This document shows positions 17,116 through 27,562 of a stretch of DNA of 35,082 nt, piece after piece; the stretch's first letter is position 1; the number at the start of each line of letters is the position of its first letter. Where the stretch lies: NCBI GenBank assembly GCA_007136585.1, contig SLGR01000092.1, positions 1 to 35,082 on the forward strand, given 5' to 3'. The stretch comes from Candidatus Sumerlaeota bacterium. GTDB taxonomy: Bacteria > CG03 > SLGR01. Position numbers and translations under genes: made by a program. A model generated the notes under the pieces. The model was not told where the DNA came from, did no database searches, and worked only from the letters and a program-made list of their open reading frames with translations.

Positions 17116-17897
17116 ATCCCCCGCTCTGAGCCTGCGATAAACTCCGTAAGAACCCTTATATTGGAATCACTGCTCAGGGAGGGATCAGCGGATATCTTCT
17201 CAAGAGCCTGGGAAGTATTTATACCGGAACGGAAAATTATCCGGTAGGCTTTTTTAAGGCGGGATACCTCCTCCGGGGAATAGTTTCTCCGGGAAAGCCC
17301 CACAGTGTTAAGTCCGCTTACCCTGGCGGGATTTCCGGCTATTTTACAGAAAGGAGGGACATCCTTGGTTATCCTTGTACTGCCCCCTACAATGGAAAGT
17401 CTTCCCACCTTGGCAAACTGGTGAACGGGGGTAAGGCCTCCGACTATGGCCTGGTCCTGCACAGTTACATGTCCGGCCAGCGTAGCGCAGTTTGCCAGTA
17501 TAACCTCGTCTCCCACCAGACAGTCATGGGCGATATGCACGTATGCCATTATAAAAACACCGCTTCCAATCTCGGTCCTTATCCTTTCGGAAGTTCCCCG
17601 GTTAATCGTAGCGTACTCTCTCACAGTGCACCTGTCTCCCATAATAACCTCGGTATCTTCCCCGGAGTACTTGAGGTCCTGGGGAGGACCCCCTACAACC
17701 GCGCCTACACCTATACGGCATTCTTTTCCCAGGGTTACACGTCCGTCCAGAACAGCCCGGGGCTCTAAAACACAGTTATCCCCCACAACGGCGCGAGGCC
17801 CCACTATGGCGTAGGGGCCTACTGAGACGCCGGTTCCCAGCACGGCACCCTGTTCAACAATAGCCGTTCGGTGAATAAGAGTTCCGTTTTCTTTCAA
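17103..17897 (-). CDS. lpxA: Acyl-ACP:UDP-GlcNAc (or UDP-GlcNAc3N) O/N-acyltransferase LpxA
   Basis: 264 aa with hexapeptide repeats (IHRTAIVEQGAVLGTGVSVGPYAIVG...) and the LpxA C-terminal helical domain (NTVGLSRRNYSPEEVSRLKKAYRIIFRS). TTG start. Confidence 0.9.
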   Translation of the reverse strand: MKENGTLIHRTAIVEQGAVLGTGVSVGPYAIVGPRAVVGDNCVLEPRAVLDGRVTLGKECRIGVGAVVGGPPQDLKYSGEDTEVIMGDRCTVREYATINRGTSERIRTEIGSGVFIMAYVHIAHDCLVGDEVILANCATLAGHVTVQDQAIVGGLTPVHQFAKVGRLSIVGGSTRITKDVPPFCKIAGNPARVSGLNTVGLSRRNYSPEEVSRLKKAYRIIFRSGINTSQALEKISADPSLSSDSNIRVLTEFIAGSERGICKN

Positions 17898-17936
17898 ATC
17901 AATCTTTCCTTATAGAATCTGCAGCTCAGGGAGATG

Positions 17937-19232
17937 TTACCTTTCAACTATGGCGAACATAAATACCGCCTCGGCTATTTTCTTATCCCCGCAGTAACAC
18001 TCCCCTTCCACCCTCCCCCCTTTCTCCCGGGCCCGTTTAAGCCTGACACGGGACCGTATAGCGGCCGGGGGACGTACATCTCCGAAAAAAACAGCTTTTT
18101 CTATTATTATAAAGTAGGCAAGTTTCTTGTCGTCATCAGAACCCGAAAGAAGCATTACCGCTGAAGACTGGGCCATAAACTCCATAACCAGCACTCGCGG
18201 AAGAACCGGATCTTCAGGGTAATGTTCCCTGAAGTACGGTTCGTTAACAGTAATATTCTTAACACCGTGAGCGGTTTTCCCGGAAGGCTCCATAAATACC
18301 CTGTCCACAAGAAGGAAAGGGTACCTGTGCGGAAGGATCCTTATCAGTTCGGGAAGCTCTATCGTACGAGCTCCGGGAGGAGGCGCGGGAAGGCTTCTCC
18401 TTCGGGCTTTCCGCAGACGGCGGGCAAGTTCAACATTCGCGGCATGACCGCACCTGTTAGCGATAACCGCGGCGCGCAGCGGCGCGCCCAGGAGGTAAAG
18501 GTCCCCCATAAGGTCAAGTATCTTGTGCCTGACAAACTCGTCAAAAAACCTCAGGGTCGTATTTGTAATCTCTTTTTCGCCTATAACTATGGTATTTTCC
18601 AGGCTGCCCCCCATCCCAAGCCCGCGTTTTTTCAGCTCATTAATCTCTGACTCAAAACAGTAAGTCCTGGCCGCGGATATATTCTTAATGAAACTCTCCC
18701 GGTCGGGAGAGATGCTTATGAACTGCGATCCGGGCATACGGTCCCCGTAATGAATGGTAGCGCTTATTGAAAACCTGTCAGAGGGTATTACGGCAAGCTC
18801 AGTCCCTGATTCGTTAAGATAGACTGCTTCCGGGGGTGTAAAATACTCTCTTTCAGCATCCTGTTCAACCGTCCCGGCCTCAATAAGAGCCCTGGTATAA
18901 AAATCGGCGCTTCCGTCTCCCACCGGAAGTTCCCGCCTGTCTGTCTCAACAGTCAGGTTATCTATCCCCAGGCCGCAGCAGGCTGCCAGAAGATGTTCAA
19001 CGGTCTGCACCCTGGCCTTACCGTTTTCAACGGTGGTCCCGCGGGAGACATCCACCACAAGATCTATATCAGCCGGCACCGAAGGGCTGCCCGGAATATC
19101 CGTACGCACAAAGAGTATGCCCTGGCCGGGAGGAGCCGGTTTAAATACAAGGTTGGCGTGTTCTCCGGTATGAATCCCCACCCCGGAAAGCGTGATACTG
19201 CGCCCTATGGTGTGCTGCCTGTTTTTATTCAA
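17937..19232 (-). CDS. lpxC/fabZ: Bifunctional UDP-3-O-acyl-GlcNAc deacetylase / 3-hydroxyacyl-ACP dehydratase (LpxC-FabZ fusion)
   Basis: The N-terminal ~275 aa aligns with E. coli LpxC ([11 protein letters not shown]..., [15 protein letters not shown]..., PVGDGSA). The C-terminal ~140 aa begins with the FabZ signature [13 protein letters not shown]. The two are joined by a basic/Pro linker ([17 protein letters not shown]). Confidence 0.9.
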   Translation of the reverse strand: MNKNRQHTIGRSITLSGVGIHTGEHANLVFKPAPPGQGILFVRTDIPGSPSVPADIDLVVDVSRGTTVENGKARVQTVEHLLAACCGLGIDNLTVETDRRELPVGDGSADFYTRALIEAGTVEQDAEREYFTPPEAVYLNESGTELAVIPSDRFSISATIHYGDRMPGSQFISISPDRESFIKNISAARTYCFESEINELKKRGLGMGGSLENTIVIGEKEITNTTLRFFDEFVRHKILDLMGDLYLLGAPLRAAVIANRCGHAANVELARRLRKARRRSLPAPPPGARTIELPELIRILPHRYPFLLVDRVFMEPSGKTAHGVKNITVNEPYFREHYPEDPVLPRVLVMEFMAQSSAVMLLSGSDDDKKLAYFIIIEKAVFFGDVRPPAAIRSRVRLKRAREKGGRVEGECYCGDKKIAEAVFMFAIVER

Positions 19233-20262
19233 CTCTTCCGGAGCTCTCCCTTTTTAATTTTTCAACCTGCTTAAAAAGGTCCGGAAGGCGTCTTATAAGG
19301 GCGTTTATCCTCCGCGCAGAAGAATGATTCATCGCCGGGTATCCCGAGACCTGCTGGCCGGGCTTTACATCCCTGGTAACCCCGGCCTGGGCCCCTACCT
19401 GCGCTCCGGCCCCTATCGTTATATGACCCACCACACCCGCCTGGCCGGCGAGTACGGCCCCGTCCTCCACTACGGTTGAGCCCGCTATACCTGCCTGTGA
19501 GACGATAAGACATCTTCTGCCCACTCTGACATTGTGGGCTATCTGAACCAGGTTATCTATCTTCGTGCCTTCACCGATTACAGTATCCCCGGGGGATCCC
19601 CTGTCAATACTGACATTGGAACCTATTTCAACATCGTCATGTACGATAACGCTTCCTACCTGCGGAATTTTTTTATGCCCGTCTTTCCCGGAAACAAAAC
19701 CGAAACCCTCGCCCCCTATAACAGCCCCGGGGTTTACTATCACCCGGGATCCCAGACGTATATCCTCCATCAGGGTTACATTAGGGTACAAAACACACTC
19801 TGACCCTGTCTCTACGCCTCGTCCAATGTAGCATCCGGGATAGATAACAGTTCCCGGGCCGACCCGGGCGCCGGCCTCTATCCGGACAAAATCTCCCACG
19901 CTTACCCCTTTCTCCAGAACAGCCTCTCCGTCTACCGAAGCAAGACGGCTCACCCCGCTGAAAGGACAGGGCCTGGAGCCGTAAATGGCCCCAAGCACCT
20001 TTCTGAATGAATCAGAGGGATCCTCAGTTATAATATAAGATGCTTCACCCTTAAGCTCAGTTTCGGGGGGGATAAGAATACATGTGGCGCGGGTGTGTTC
20101 AAGATATTTGCGGTACCTGGGATTGGCAAAGAAAGTTATATCCCCTTCCTTTGCGAACTCAATAGTATTTGCACCCGTAATCTCAGCCGAGGAAGAACCT
20201 TTAAGAATTCCTCCCGCTATCTCTGCCGCCTCTTTAAGTGTGATCTTATTCGTGCTTTTCAT
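19225..20262 (-). CDS. lpxD: UDP-3-O-acylglucosamine N-acyltransferase LpxD
   Basis: N-terminal UDP-binding domain ([14 protein letters not shown]...[10 protein letters not shown]), then a long hexapeptide LbH region. ATG 20262 (MKSTNK...) is preferred over the TTG at 20274. The stop overlaps the lpxC/fabZ start. Confidence 0.9.
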   Translation of the reverse strand: MKSTNKITLKEAAEIAGGILKGSSSAEITGANTIEFAKEGDITFFANPRYRKYLEHTRATCILIPPETELKGEASYIITEDPSDSFRKVLGAIYGSRPCPFSGVSRLASVDGEAVLEKGVSVGDFVRIEAGARVGPGTVIYPGCYIGRGVETGSECVLYPNVTLMEDIRLGSRVIVNPGAVIGGEGFGFVSGKDGHKKIPQVGSVIVHDDVEIGSNVSIDRGSPGDTVIGEGTKIDNLVQIAHNVRVGRRCLIVSQAGIAGSTVVEDGAVLAGQAGVVGHITIGAGAQVGAQAGVTRDVKPGQQVSGYPAMNHSSARRINALIRRLPDLFKQVEKLKRESSGRVE

Positions 20263-20385
20263 TTGGCCTCTCAATCGATGAGCTCGCAGGGACGGCTCAA
20301 GTTATCAGCGTGCTAAATTCGCGAAACTTACAGTAACCTCCCGCGCGCAGGCGTTTAAGGGTTCAGGTCCGGGATCAGGGCAACC

Positions 20386-20904
20386 CTAACGGTACTCTTC
20401 GTTCAACCTGTTTATGACCTTATCCGTGATATTCTCAACCGAATGTGTGGAGTAAAGAACAGTATCCTCTTCAAGTACGACCGTAAAGCCCTTTTCCTCG
20501 GAGATCTGTTTAACGGTCTCATAAATTGCTCCTAGAATCCTGTATTTGAGTTCCGTTTCCTTATCAAGTATCCTATCTCTGCTTTCCTCCATTAGTTCGT
20601 CCAGCTTTTCGCGATGAACCTGTATCATATCACGAAGCTCCTCCGCTTCTGACTCGGAAAGGGTCTCCTTCTGTGTATCAAGGCGCCGGGCAAGAGCATC
20701 TATCGCCTGCTGTCCGGATTCTATCTCCTCCCTTTCACGGTCCATAACCTCTCTTATCTGTTCACGCGATTTCTCCACAGCCTTAATCTCATCAAAGACC
20801 CTTTCGATATTAACATACCCTATGCGGGTAGCCGTTATCCGTACCGCCGAAGCGGGCATAGCGGAGAAGAGCAGAAACCCTGTTAAAAGGATATATGCGC
20901 GCAT
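20386..20904 (-). CDS. skp: Periplasmic chaperone Skp/OmpH family
   Basis: Signal peptide MRAYILLTGFLLFSAMPASA, then IGYVNIERVF plus a long E/R/K coiled region typical of OmpH. It follows bamA after a 4-nt gap. The track start at 20949 overlaps bamA, so I use ATG 20904. Confidence 0.7.
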   Translation of the reverse strand: MRAYILLTGFLLFSAMPASAVRITATRIGYVNIERVFDEIKAVEKSREQIREVMDREREEIESGQQAIDALARRLDTQKETLSESEAEELRDMIQVHREKLDELMEESRDRILDKETELKYRILGAIYETVKQISEEKGFTVVLEEDTVLYSTHSVENITDKVINRLNEEYR

Positions 20905-20908
20905 GCGA

Positions 20909-23170
20909 TTAATAAAAAATGTCTCCCAGTGTAAAATACCACTGGGCACCTCTGGGACGTTTATCTAAACCGTAACCCCAGTCAAGACGTATGGGAAAAC
21001 CCGGCATCTTGAACCTTATTCCCACGCCGTAACCGCGTTTAAGCCTGTGTTTCTCCGTACCTGCGGCAAGCGTTATATCGCTGCGGTTGAGCCACGAACC
21101 GCCCACATCATAGAAAAATGCCCCCTGGATAACCGTTCTTCCTTCCTCGGATATAAGGGGAAACTTAAGCTCAATATTGCTTACAAGTTTATAATTACCT
21201 CCACCGGCAGGTCCTATATCGCCGTAGTACTCGTATCCCCTTACGGATTCAGCTCCTCCTACAAGAAACCTTTCATAAAGGGGAACATCCTCCGTGGAGC
21301 CGTAAGCGAAAGCGGAACCGAGTCTGAGGTTCAGGGCCAGGACCAGCCTCCATACTACAGGCTGGAAATAGGCGGCGTTGAACCTGGTTTTCATGAAACT
21401 CTGGTCTCCCCCCAGGATTCCCCCGGCGATCTGGTTGGATAACCTCAGGTAATACCCTTTACTGGGGTCAAAAGGGATATCCCGCGCATCATAAGTAACG
21501 TTGGGTGTGATGCTCGAAGTAGTTTCAGCATCCTCAAGAACAAAATCTTCAATAGAAGCATCTATGTTGTACTGCCTCACCTGCTCCAGTGAATACCTGG
21601 CCTGAGCCGTAAACTCCCTTGTAAAATGTCTTCCAAGCATAAGGCTCCCGCCGCTTCTGCGCTCGTCATAACTTCCGGATATAGTCTCACCCCTGAAATA
21701 CCTGCGGCGAACTGTATTATAAAGGCTTGCTCCAAACGGAGTAGGGGTATTAAAAAGCCACGGCTCATGAAAATCAAGCCTGTAATTCTGTTTTCTGGCC
21801 CCGAACTCCCACATGGCCGAAAGCCTCTGTCCCCTGCCGAAAAGATTTTCCTGCGATACTCTTATCATACCCACCAGGCGGTCTTCAGAAGAATACCCGG
21901 CTCCGAGGCTGGCCATCCCGGTTTTCTGTTCCTCAACATGAAAGACCAGGTCTGTCCTGTCCGGAGGGCCGGCCGGAAGCATATCTATCATAACATTGGA
22001 GAAAAAACCCGTCCTGAATATACGGGCCTGGGAGTCCCTTACCTCCTCAAGATTAAACGGGTCCCCCGGAGACACATCTATTTCCCTTTGTATAACATAA
22101 TCCCGGGTGACATGGTTCCCCTCAATGTGAATATCCCTTATGAAAACTTCCGGGCCCTCATTTATGTTAAACTCTAAATCAACCTTCCCTGTCTCCTCAT
22201 CAACATTGAATCTGGGTTCAGCCGCAAGCCTTATATGACCAAGAGTTCCGTAGAGCTCGTGGATATCCGCCATTATCTCTTCCACTCTTTCATCAGAGAA
22301 AACAACGCCGGGCCTTACCCTGATAGACTCCTTAAGTCTGCTGTCAGACACCTTAAGGTTTCCCGTAAAACTTACTTCCCCCAGAGTGTACTGCCTCCCC
22401 TCGTCAATCACCACTGTTATGTACATCCTTTTTCTTTCGGGATCAAAAGTTATCACCGGCTCCTTTATCTCAACATTCAGGTAACCGTTATTCCTGTAAT
22501 AGGTGTTAATGTCGCGGATACCTTCGTCCAGTTTATCCTGCTCAAAGACCTTGCCTTCCTTGAGATCTATCATCCTGGAAACACGCCGGAAGTCGCCCCG
22601 GAGCACCCCCAGTATGGAGAGTTTCTCCACTTCTATTTTATGCCCTTCCTCAACATAGTATGTAACCTTGATATTACCTGTTTCCGGGGATTCCTCGGTG
22701 AAAACCTCTACCCTGGCGTCGGCATACCCCCGACCCCGGTAATACCTTTCTACCGCTGCGGATCCCCTCCGCGCGAGAAACTCATCAAAAAAACCGTCTT
22801 TTTCAATCTCAAGCTGCCTCCTGAGAACCCGGGCCCGGAGCTCCCGGTTTCCCTTAAAGGAAATATCCTCAACCAAGGGCTTCTCCTTTACGGTATATAT
22901 GACCCTGACGGATTCTTCTGTAACCTCTTCCAGTGAGACTGATACGTCGTCAAACTTATTAAGCGCGTATATCGCGCCCAGATCCTCCCCGGCGGCGGAA
23001 GGAGAGTAATCCTGCCCCGGTTTAAGTGATATCTCTTCAAGGATTCTGCTCTCGGAAACTTTATCGTTTCCCCTTATAATAACTTCGTAGACCTCCCTGG
23101 CTATTCCCGCGGAACGGGAAAGGAGTATAATAAGGAAAAACAGAATCGTTTTTTTTATCTTTACCCTCAT
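20909..23170 (-). CDS. bamA: Outer-membrane protein assembly factor BamA (Omp85)
   Basis: 753 aa: signal peptide, five POTRA-like repeats (I.I.GN..VS...I pattern), and a C-terminal Omp85 barrel containing the VRGY motif (GGAESVRGYEY) and ending ...WYFTLGDIFY. Confidence 0.9.
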   Translation of the reverse strand: MRVKIKKTILFFLIILLSRSAGIAREVYEVIIRGNDKVSESRILEEISLKPGQDYSPSAAGEDLGAIYALNKFDDVSVSLEEVTEESVRVIYTVKEKPLVEDISFKGNRELRARVLRRQLEIEKDGFFDEFLARRGSAAVERYYRGRGYADARVEVFTEESPETGNIKVTYYVEEGHKIEVEKLSILGVLRGDFRRVSRMIDLKEGKVFEQDKLDEGIRDINTYYRNNGYLNVEIKEPVITFDPERKRMYITVVIDEGRQYTLGEVSFTGNLKVSDSRLKESIRVRPGVVFSDERVEEIMADIHELYGTLGHIRLAAEPRFNVDEETGKVDLEFNINEGPEVFIRDIHIEGNHVTRDYVIQREIDVSPGDPFNLEEVRDSQARIFRTGFFSNVMIDMLPAGPPDRTDLVFHVEEQKTGMASLGAGYSSEDRLVGMIRVSQENLFGRGQRLSAMWEFGARKQNYRLDFHEPWLFNTPTPFGASLYNTVRRRYFRGETISGSYDERRSGGSLMLGRHFTREFTAQARYSLEQVRQYNIDASIEDFVLEDAETTSSITPNVTYDARDIPFDPSKGYYLRLSNQIAGGILGGDQSFMKTRFNAAYFQPVVWRLVLALNLRLGSAFAYGSTEDVPLYERFLVGGAESVRGYEYYGDIGPAGGGNYKLVSNIELKFPLISEEGRTVIQGAFFYDVGGSWLNRSDITLAAGTEKHRLKRGYGVGIRFKMPGFPIRLDWGYGLDKRPRGAQWYFTLGDIFY

Positions 23171-23336
23171 ATCAACCTCTATCTTTCATTCCCCCTTCTA
23201 ATGCTGCTGAACTCTATCCCGGAAAAACGGTTCTCCTGTATTGCGGCAATAATAACGCGCTACCCTCACAGGGCATGCGCCTCTCCGATGTTAAATTCCT
23301 AAAATACAGGAAATTTTAAGCCGGATTGATAAAAAA

Positions 23337-23413
23337 TGGTGGGCGGAACAGGATTTGAACCTGTGACTTCTGCCGTGTAAGAGCAGCGCTCTAGCCAACT
23401 GAGCTACCCGCCC
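23337..23413 (-). tRNA. tRNA-Val (anticodon UAC), CCA encoded
   Basis: The reverse complement reads GGGCGGGUAGCUCAGUUGGCUAGAGCGCUGCUCUUACACGGCAGAAGUCACAGGUUCAAAUCCUGUUCCGCCCACCA, with anticodon loop CU-UAC-AC. Its 5' end lies 1 nt after the stop codon of the upstream CDS. Confidence 0.9.
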
Positions 23414-23414
23414 A

Positions 23415-24404
23415 TCATATTCTGTAGTTCTCGACTTCCCTGCTGCTGAAAGCTCTGGCGCTTAACCCTCCCCTGCCTTTGCAATTATAATAAATAAATT
23501 TGATTTCTTCATCCCCGCCGGCATCCGTATACCTTCCGCAGATTCGGGCCATAAGAAAAATATTCTCATCGGAAACTCTCCCCGACCCTATACAAAGAGG
23601 CCCTTTTTTATCAGCCGGCTTAAGCTTTATGCTCTCATCCGGAGCGGTTGATTCAAGAAGCTCGTTTTCCGCCTTGTTCCGTCCCGCTATTACTTTAAAA
23701 CAGGGGCCTATCCTGAAATGCCGCCCTATATTAAGAAGCTTTATCTCGCTTTCATCCGCCTTGCCCGAGTTTTCTATCAGATCTCTCAGTTTCTCAGAGT
23801 ACTCTTTCATGGTAAGACGGCACCCTCCGGCAGGGGATTCAAATTTCTCTATCCCTAACTCTGCGGCAAGCTCCAGCTGCCGCCTGCGGGATCTGCCCGA
23901 GATATCAAGCAGGGTGTTACGGTCCACCAGCCCGGTTTTTTCAGGGACGGTGGGTTCCAGGAGCCGGGCGCTCAGGGGCCTTAAGACCAGACCTTCTGCG
24001 CCGGATTCCCTGTCTATGAGGTTCATCGTCTCGCGCCTCTGTGACATAGGACGCTGTCCTATGACCTCCCCCGTGACTATAAAATCCGCCCCCTCCTGCC
24101 GCATAATCTCAAGAGCCTTCTTAAACTGGTAAATGCGACAATCTATGCAGGGATTCATATTCTTGCCGTAACCGTGTTTCGGGTTCTCAACTATCCTTAA
24201 AAAATCATCCCCGAAATCAGCTCTGCGAAACAGGTATCCAAGCTTATCTGCCGCATTTTTTGCGATATCAGATGCCCGGAGGCCAGCCGCAAACGGGTTC
24301 CTGAAATACAGGCATACTCCTTCTACAGCCTGTTTCTTCATTATTGCAGCGGCAAGAATTGAGTCAAGACCGCCGGAGACCAGAAATACAGCCCTTGCCT
24401 TCAT
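23415..24404 (-). CDS. PP-loop ATP-pyrophosphatase, MnmA/ThiI-like tRNA sulfurtransferase candidate (CxxC...C type)
   Basis: 329 aa. PP-loop VSGGLDS at residues 9-15. [32 protein letters not shown] parallels E. coli MnmA [41 protein letters not shown]...LVLRPL resembles the ThiI AANH domain. A third Cys sits in SPAGGCRLT. No THUMP domain is evident. Confidence 0.65.
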   Translation of the reverse strand: [329 protein letters not shown]

Positions 24405-24418
24405 TTGTTAAAAAAAAA

Positions 24419-24496
<78 letters not shown>

Positions 24497-24540
24497 ACCA
24501 AAAATCTTGTATGTAAATAGTAATAAAAAATAAACGCTTG

Positions 24541-25521
24541 TCAACAACCGTCACAACATCCGAGACGCCTGTCAGGAAGGTAATTCCTGACATAATCCTC
24601 AATTCCCTTCTCAAGAGAATGGGTTTCTTTCCTATAACCGCTTTCCAGAAGTTTAGCCGTATCGGCGCAAGTATAGTACTGGTACTGCCCCCTTAACTCC
24701 TCAGGCATATCTACATACTTGATCCTTGCGGAAATCCCCATAGCGGAAAACACTGATCGCGCGAGCGAGTTCCAGGTTCTTGCTATGCCGGTACCGGCGT
24801 TAAAAATACCGCAGATCCCCGGATTGTCAAAAAAATGCAATGTCATATCTGCCGCATCCTTTATATAAAGAAAATCCCGGCGCTGTTCTCCGTCCCCTAT
24901 ATCATCCCTGTAGGATTTAAAGAGACGTATTTCCCCTTCATTCTGAATTTGTTCATAGGCCTTAACCACAAAACTTCTCATGCTTTTTTTATGGTACTCA
25001 TTAGGCCCGTAAACATTAAAATACTTAATCCCGGCAATTGACTCCAGTAAACCGGATTCCAGGGCATAAATATCAAAAAGATGCTTGGACTCACCGTAAA
25101 GGTTCAGCGGGGTATACTCCTTCAACCTGGAATGCTCATCGCTGAACCCCAGGGTTCCGTCCCCGTAGGTAGCGGCGCTGGAGGCATAAATAAACCTTGA
25201 TGAGGATGCTGCGGCGGCCTGGGCAATTTCCCTGGTATAATGATAATTTACCCGCATTATATATTCCCGGTCAGTCTCTGTTGTGGAAGAACAGGCCCCC
25301 ATATGAAAAACTGCGCCCGGCTTTATCTTCCCCTTTCCGTAAGAACTCAGAAATTCCCCGGCCTCTACTACTCTGCTGAACTTTAAAAATTCCAGATTTT
25401 TCTTTTTTTCAGAAGACAGCTCGTGCTCTTCAACTACCAGGATATCGGTTATACCCCTGAGATTCAGGCTCCGGATAATGGCGCTTCCTATAAAACCGGC
25501 GCCCCCCGTAACAGCTATCAC
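24541..25521 (-). CDS. hldD: ADP-L-glycero-D-manno-heptose 6-epimerase
   Basis: It aligns along its full length with E. coli HldD/RfaD: MIAVTGGAGFIGS..ITDILVV, GACSSTTE, YASSAATYG, Y..SK, YFNVYGP.E.HK. Its start overlaps the lpxB stop (ATGA). Confidence 0.9.
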   Translation of the reverse strand: MIAVTGGAGFIGSAIIRSLNLRGITDILVVEEHELSSEKKKNLEFLKFSRVVEAGEFLSSYGKGKIKPGAVFHMGACSSTTETDREYIMRVNYHYTREIAQAAAASSSRFIYASSAATYGDGTLGFSDEHSRLKEYTPLNLYGESKHLFDIYALESGLLESIAGIKYFNVYGPNEYHKKSMRSFVVKAYEQIQNEGEIRLFKSYRDDIGDGEQRRDFLYIKDAADMTLHFFDNPGICGIFNAGTGIARTWNSLARSVFSAMGISARIKYVDMPEELRGQYQYYTCADTAKLLESGYRKETHSLEKGIEDYVRNYLPDRRLGCCDGC

Positions 25522-26639
25522 TCGGACTCTCCTTTCAGGGTTTTTATTATGGAAAGTGCCGTCCTTGCTGATGCCCCTTCTTCTCCGAGTTCCAGCACCA
25601 CTTCATCCAGAATTTGCTTTATCTTATCTCGTCCTGCCGCTACATCAAGCACCGCCTGTCTGAGCCGGAGCGGAGTAAGATTATTCTGGATAAGCTCGGG
25701 ACTTACCTCCTTGCCTGCCAGTATATTAGCCATACATATGTACGGAACGTCAACAAGGTATCTGGCTATGGCAAAAGATATACCCGATACTTTGTATACA
25801 GTAACAAAAGGAACCCCCTGAACCGCTGCTTCAAGTGTGGAAGTCCCGGATTTTACAACCGCGACAAAAGAACGTTTCAGTAAAGCGCGGGCATCAGAGG
25901 TCATTTTTAAATCCGAACCCCCAATTTTTGTATAAATTTTTTGCGGAACCGTCTTCACCCTGGCAACTACCGGAATCATATCAGTCCGTCGCGCGACCTT
26001 AAGCATTACGGGGAGATGACGCTTTACTTCCTGGACCCTGGATCCGGGCATAAGGGCCATAACTTTATCCGTCACTCCAACCCCAAGCTCTTTTTCCAGT
26101 CCGGGAATATCATAGGAATCCGGAATATCTTCAAGAATAGGGTGTCCCACAAACTCGGCATCACCCCCGAAATCCCTGAACAGCTTTTTCTCAAATTTAA
26201 ATACACAGTAAAGTTTCCGGCACATTCCTGAAAGAAGCGGAATCCTTTTCCTGCCCCAGGCCCAGACCTGGGGAGTTATATAGTAGAAAACCGGGACCCC
26301 GCAGGCAGCTGCGGCCTTTCCGAGGTTTATATTGAAGCCGGGGAAGTCTATAAGTACAAGAGCGTCTACGCGCTCGGACGAGTCACTGAGAAAATATTTT
26401 TTTCTTAAACGTTTTTTAAGTGATACAAAAAAAGGGACCGTCTTAAGAACTTCAAGAAAACCGACCGCAGCCCTGTCTGCTATCTCTTCTACATTACTAT
26501 CGGAGACAGAACTCATCTTTTCTCCCCCTACTGAATATACCAGGAGGTCTTTCTCCTGTTTTAAGTTCTTTATAAGTTTAGCTCCGTGATTATCGCCGGA
26601 AGTCTCCCCTGCGGAGACCATTATTTTGAGAGGGGTCAT
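25518..26639 (-). CDS. lpxB: Lipid-A-disaccharide synthase LpxB
   Basis: 373 aa. N-terminal KIMVSAGETSGDNHGAKLI (the SAGE.SGD signature), ID.PGFN, and PQVWAW motifs. Confidence 0.9.
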   Translation of the reverse strand: MTPLKIMVSAGETSGDNHGAKLIKNLKQEKDLLVYSVGGEKMSSVSDSNVEEIADRAAVGFLEVLKTVPFFVSLKKRLRKKYFLSDSSERVDALVLIDFPGFNINLGKAAAACGVPVFYYITPQVWAWGRKRIPLLSGMCRKLYCVFKFEKKLFRDFGGDAEFVGHPILEDIPDSYDIPGLEKELGVGVTDKVMALMPGSRVQEVKRHLPVMLKVARRTDMIPVVARVKTVPQKIYTKIGGSDLKMTSDARALLKRSFVAVVKSGTSTLEAAVQGVPFVTVYKVSGISFAIARYLVDVPYICMANILAGKEVSPELIQNNLTPLRLRQAVLDVAAGRDKIKQILDEVVLELGEEGASARTALSIIKTLKGESE

Positions 26640-27562
26640 ATCTTCTCAGAAATCGTAAGGGCAAGTTTTAAAGCTGTAAGCCCGTGATGTCCGCTGACCG
26701 TGGGCGCCTTACCCGTCCTGACGCTATCAATAAAATCCTTAAGCTCCTCCTTTAAAGGCTCGGTTTTTTTAAAGGAAGGGGATATCCTTTCAATATCTCC
26801 CGGACCCCGCACTTCTTTCTTTTTTTTCCTGTAAACAACAAACTCCTGCTTCTCGTAATTAAGAGAGATGTACCTGTCCGGTTCAAAAACCCTGAATTTA
26901 CGCTCTGATTTATATGAGATCCTTGATGCGGTGATATTTGCCGCGCACCCGTTTTCAAACTCAATGCGGCAGTTGGCAATATCCTCTTTGCCTGAAAATA
27001 CCGGCGCGCCTATGGAAGTTATGTTTTTTACGGGAGAATTCACAAAACTCAGTATTATGTCAATATCGTGTATCATAAGATCCAGAACAACCCCTACATC
27101 AAGCGAACGGGCGGGGAAAGGCGATATCCTGTTCACCTCTATAAAACGCGGCTGCTTGACAAACTCCCTGGCTTTTTTAACGGCCGCGTTAAACCTCTCC
27201 ACGTGCCCAACCTGAAGGATGCATCCCCTTCTCTCAGCAGCCTCAATAAGCTCCTCGGCATGCCCGGGAATATTCGTAACAGGTTTCTCTACAAGGGTAT
27301 TTACCCCTTTTTCAAGAAAATCAAGAGCTATCCTGTGGTGAGTTTCCGTAGGGGTTACTATGCTGACAGCATCAACGCTCTCAAACATATCACGGTAATC
27401 CTTAACGTATTTTGCGCGGAATTTTCTGGCTGTCTTTTCTCCGGCCTTCTTATCCAGATCGGATACACAGGCAAGCCGGCATTCCGGCAGTTCACTGTAA
27501 ATACGCGCGTGATGAACTCCCAGATGCCCTACCCCCACGACTCCCGCCCTAAGCTCACCCAT
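26636..27562 (-). CDS. Gfo/Idh/MocA-family NAD-dependent oxidoreductase, candidate UDP-GlcNAc 3-dehydrogenase (GnnA-like)
   Basis: N-terminal Rossmann motif RAGVVGVGHLGVHH, then EKP and the C-terminal Gfo/Idh/MocA domain. It is translationally coupled to lpxB (4-nt overlap) and to the DegT-type aminotransferase (8-nt overlap). Confidence 0.6.
   Translation of the reverse strand: MGELRAGVVGVGHLGVHHARIYSELPECRLACVSDLDKKAGEKTARKFRAKYVKDYRDMFESVDAVSIVTPTETHHRIALDFLEKGVNTLVEKPVTNIPGHAEELIEAAERRGCILQVGHVERFNAAVKKAREFVKQPRFIEVNRISPFPARSLDVGVVLDLMIHDIDIILSFVNSPVKNITSIGAPVFSGKEDIANCRIEFENGCAANITASRISYKSERKFRVFEPDRYISLNYEKQEFVVYRKKKKEVRGPGDIERISPSFKKTEPLKEELKDFIDSVRTGKAPTVSGHHGLTALKLALTISEKI

Noticed and set aside
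20355-20385. A GGGUUCAGGUCCGGGAUCAGGGCAACCC hairpin between skp and lpxD. Its 10-mer GTTCAGGTCC recurs in the opposite orientation at 6913-6922 and vaguely resembles the SRP-RNA CAGGUCCGG core.
   Set aside because: It lacks the SRP GGAAGGAAGCAGC-type conserved loop and has no U-tract that would mark a terminator. A single shared 10-mer in 35 kb is close to chance expectation (about 0.07 expected occurrences), so the evidence for a repeat family or an RNA gene is insufficient.
23171-23336. The 166-nt spacer between tRNA-Val and bamA, which contains an AU-rich hairpin (AAAUUUCCU-GUAUUUU-AGGAAUUU).
   Set aside because: The stem is AU-rich with a bulge and is not followed by a U-tract. I recognise no RNA family and see no ORF with an SD. 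It is most simply a processing spacer or promoter region for bamA.
2229-24132. Many long plus-strand ORFs antisense to the minus-strand genes, for example 2229-2813, 2765-3469, 12428-13072, 15706-16356, 21626-22177, 22235-22936 and 23500-24132.
   Set aside because: Each lies entirely inside a minus-strand gene that has clear family motifs. Their translations are low-complexity (rich in Pro, Arg, Ser and Gly), with no recognisable motifs, no SD and no independent boundaries. This is the usual shadow-ORF behaviour opposite real genes.
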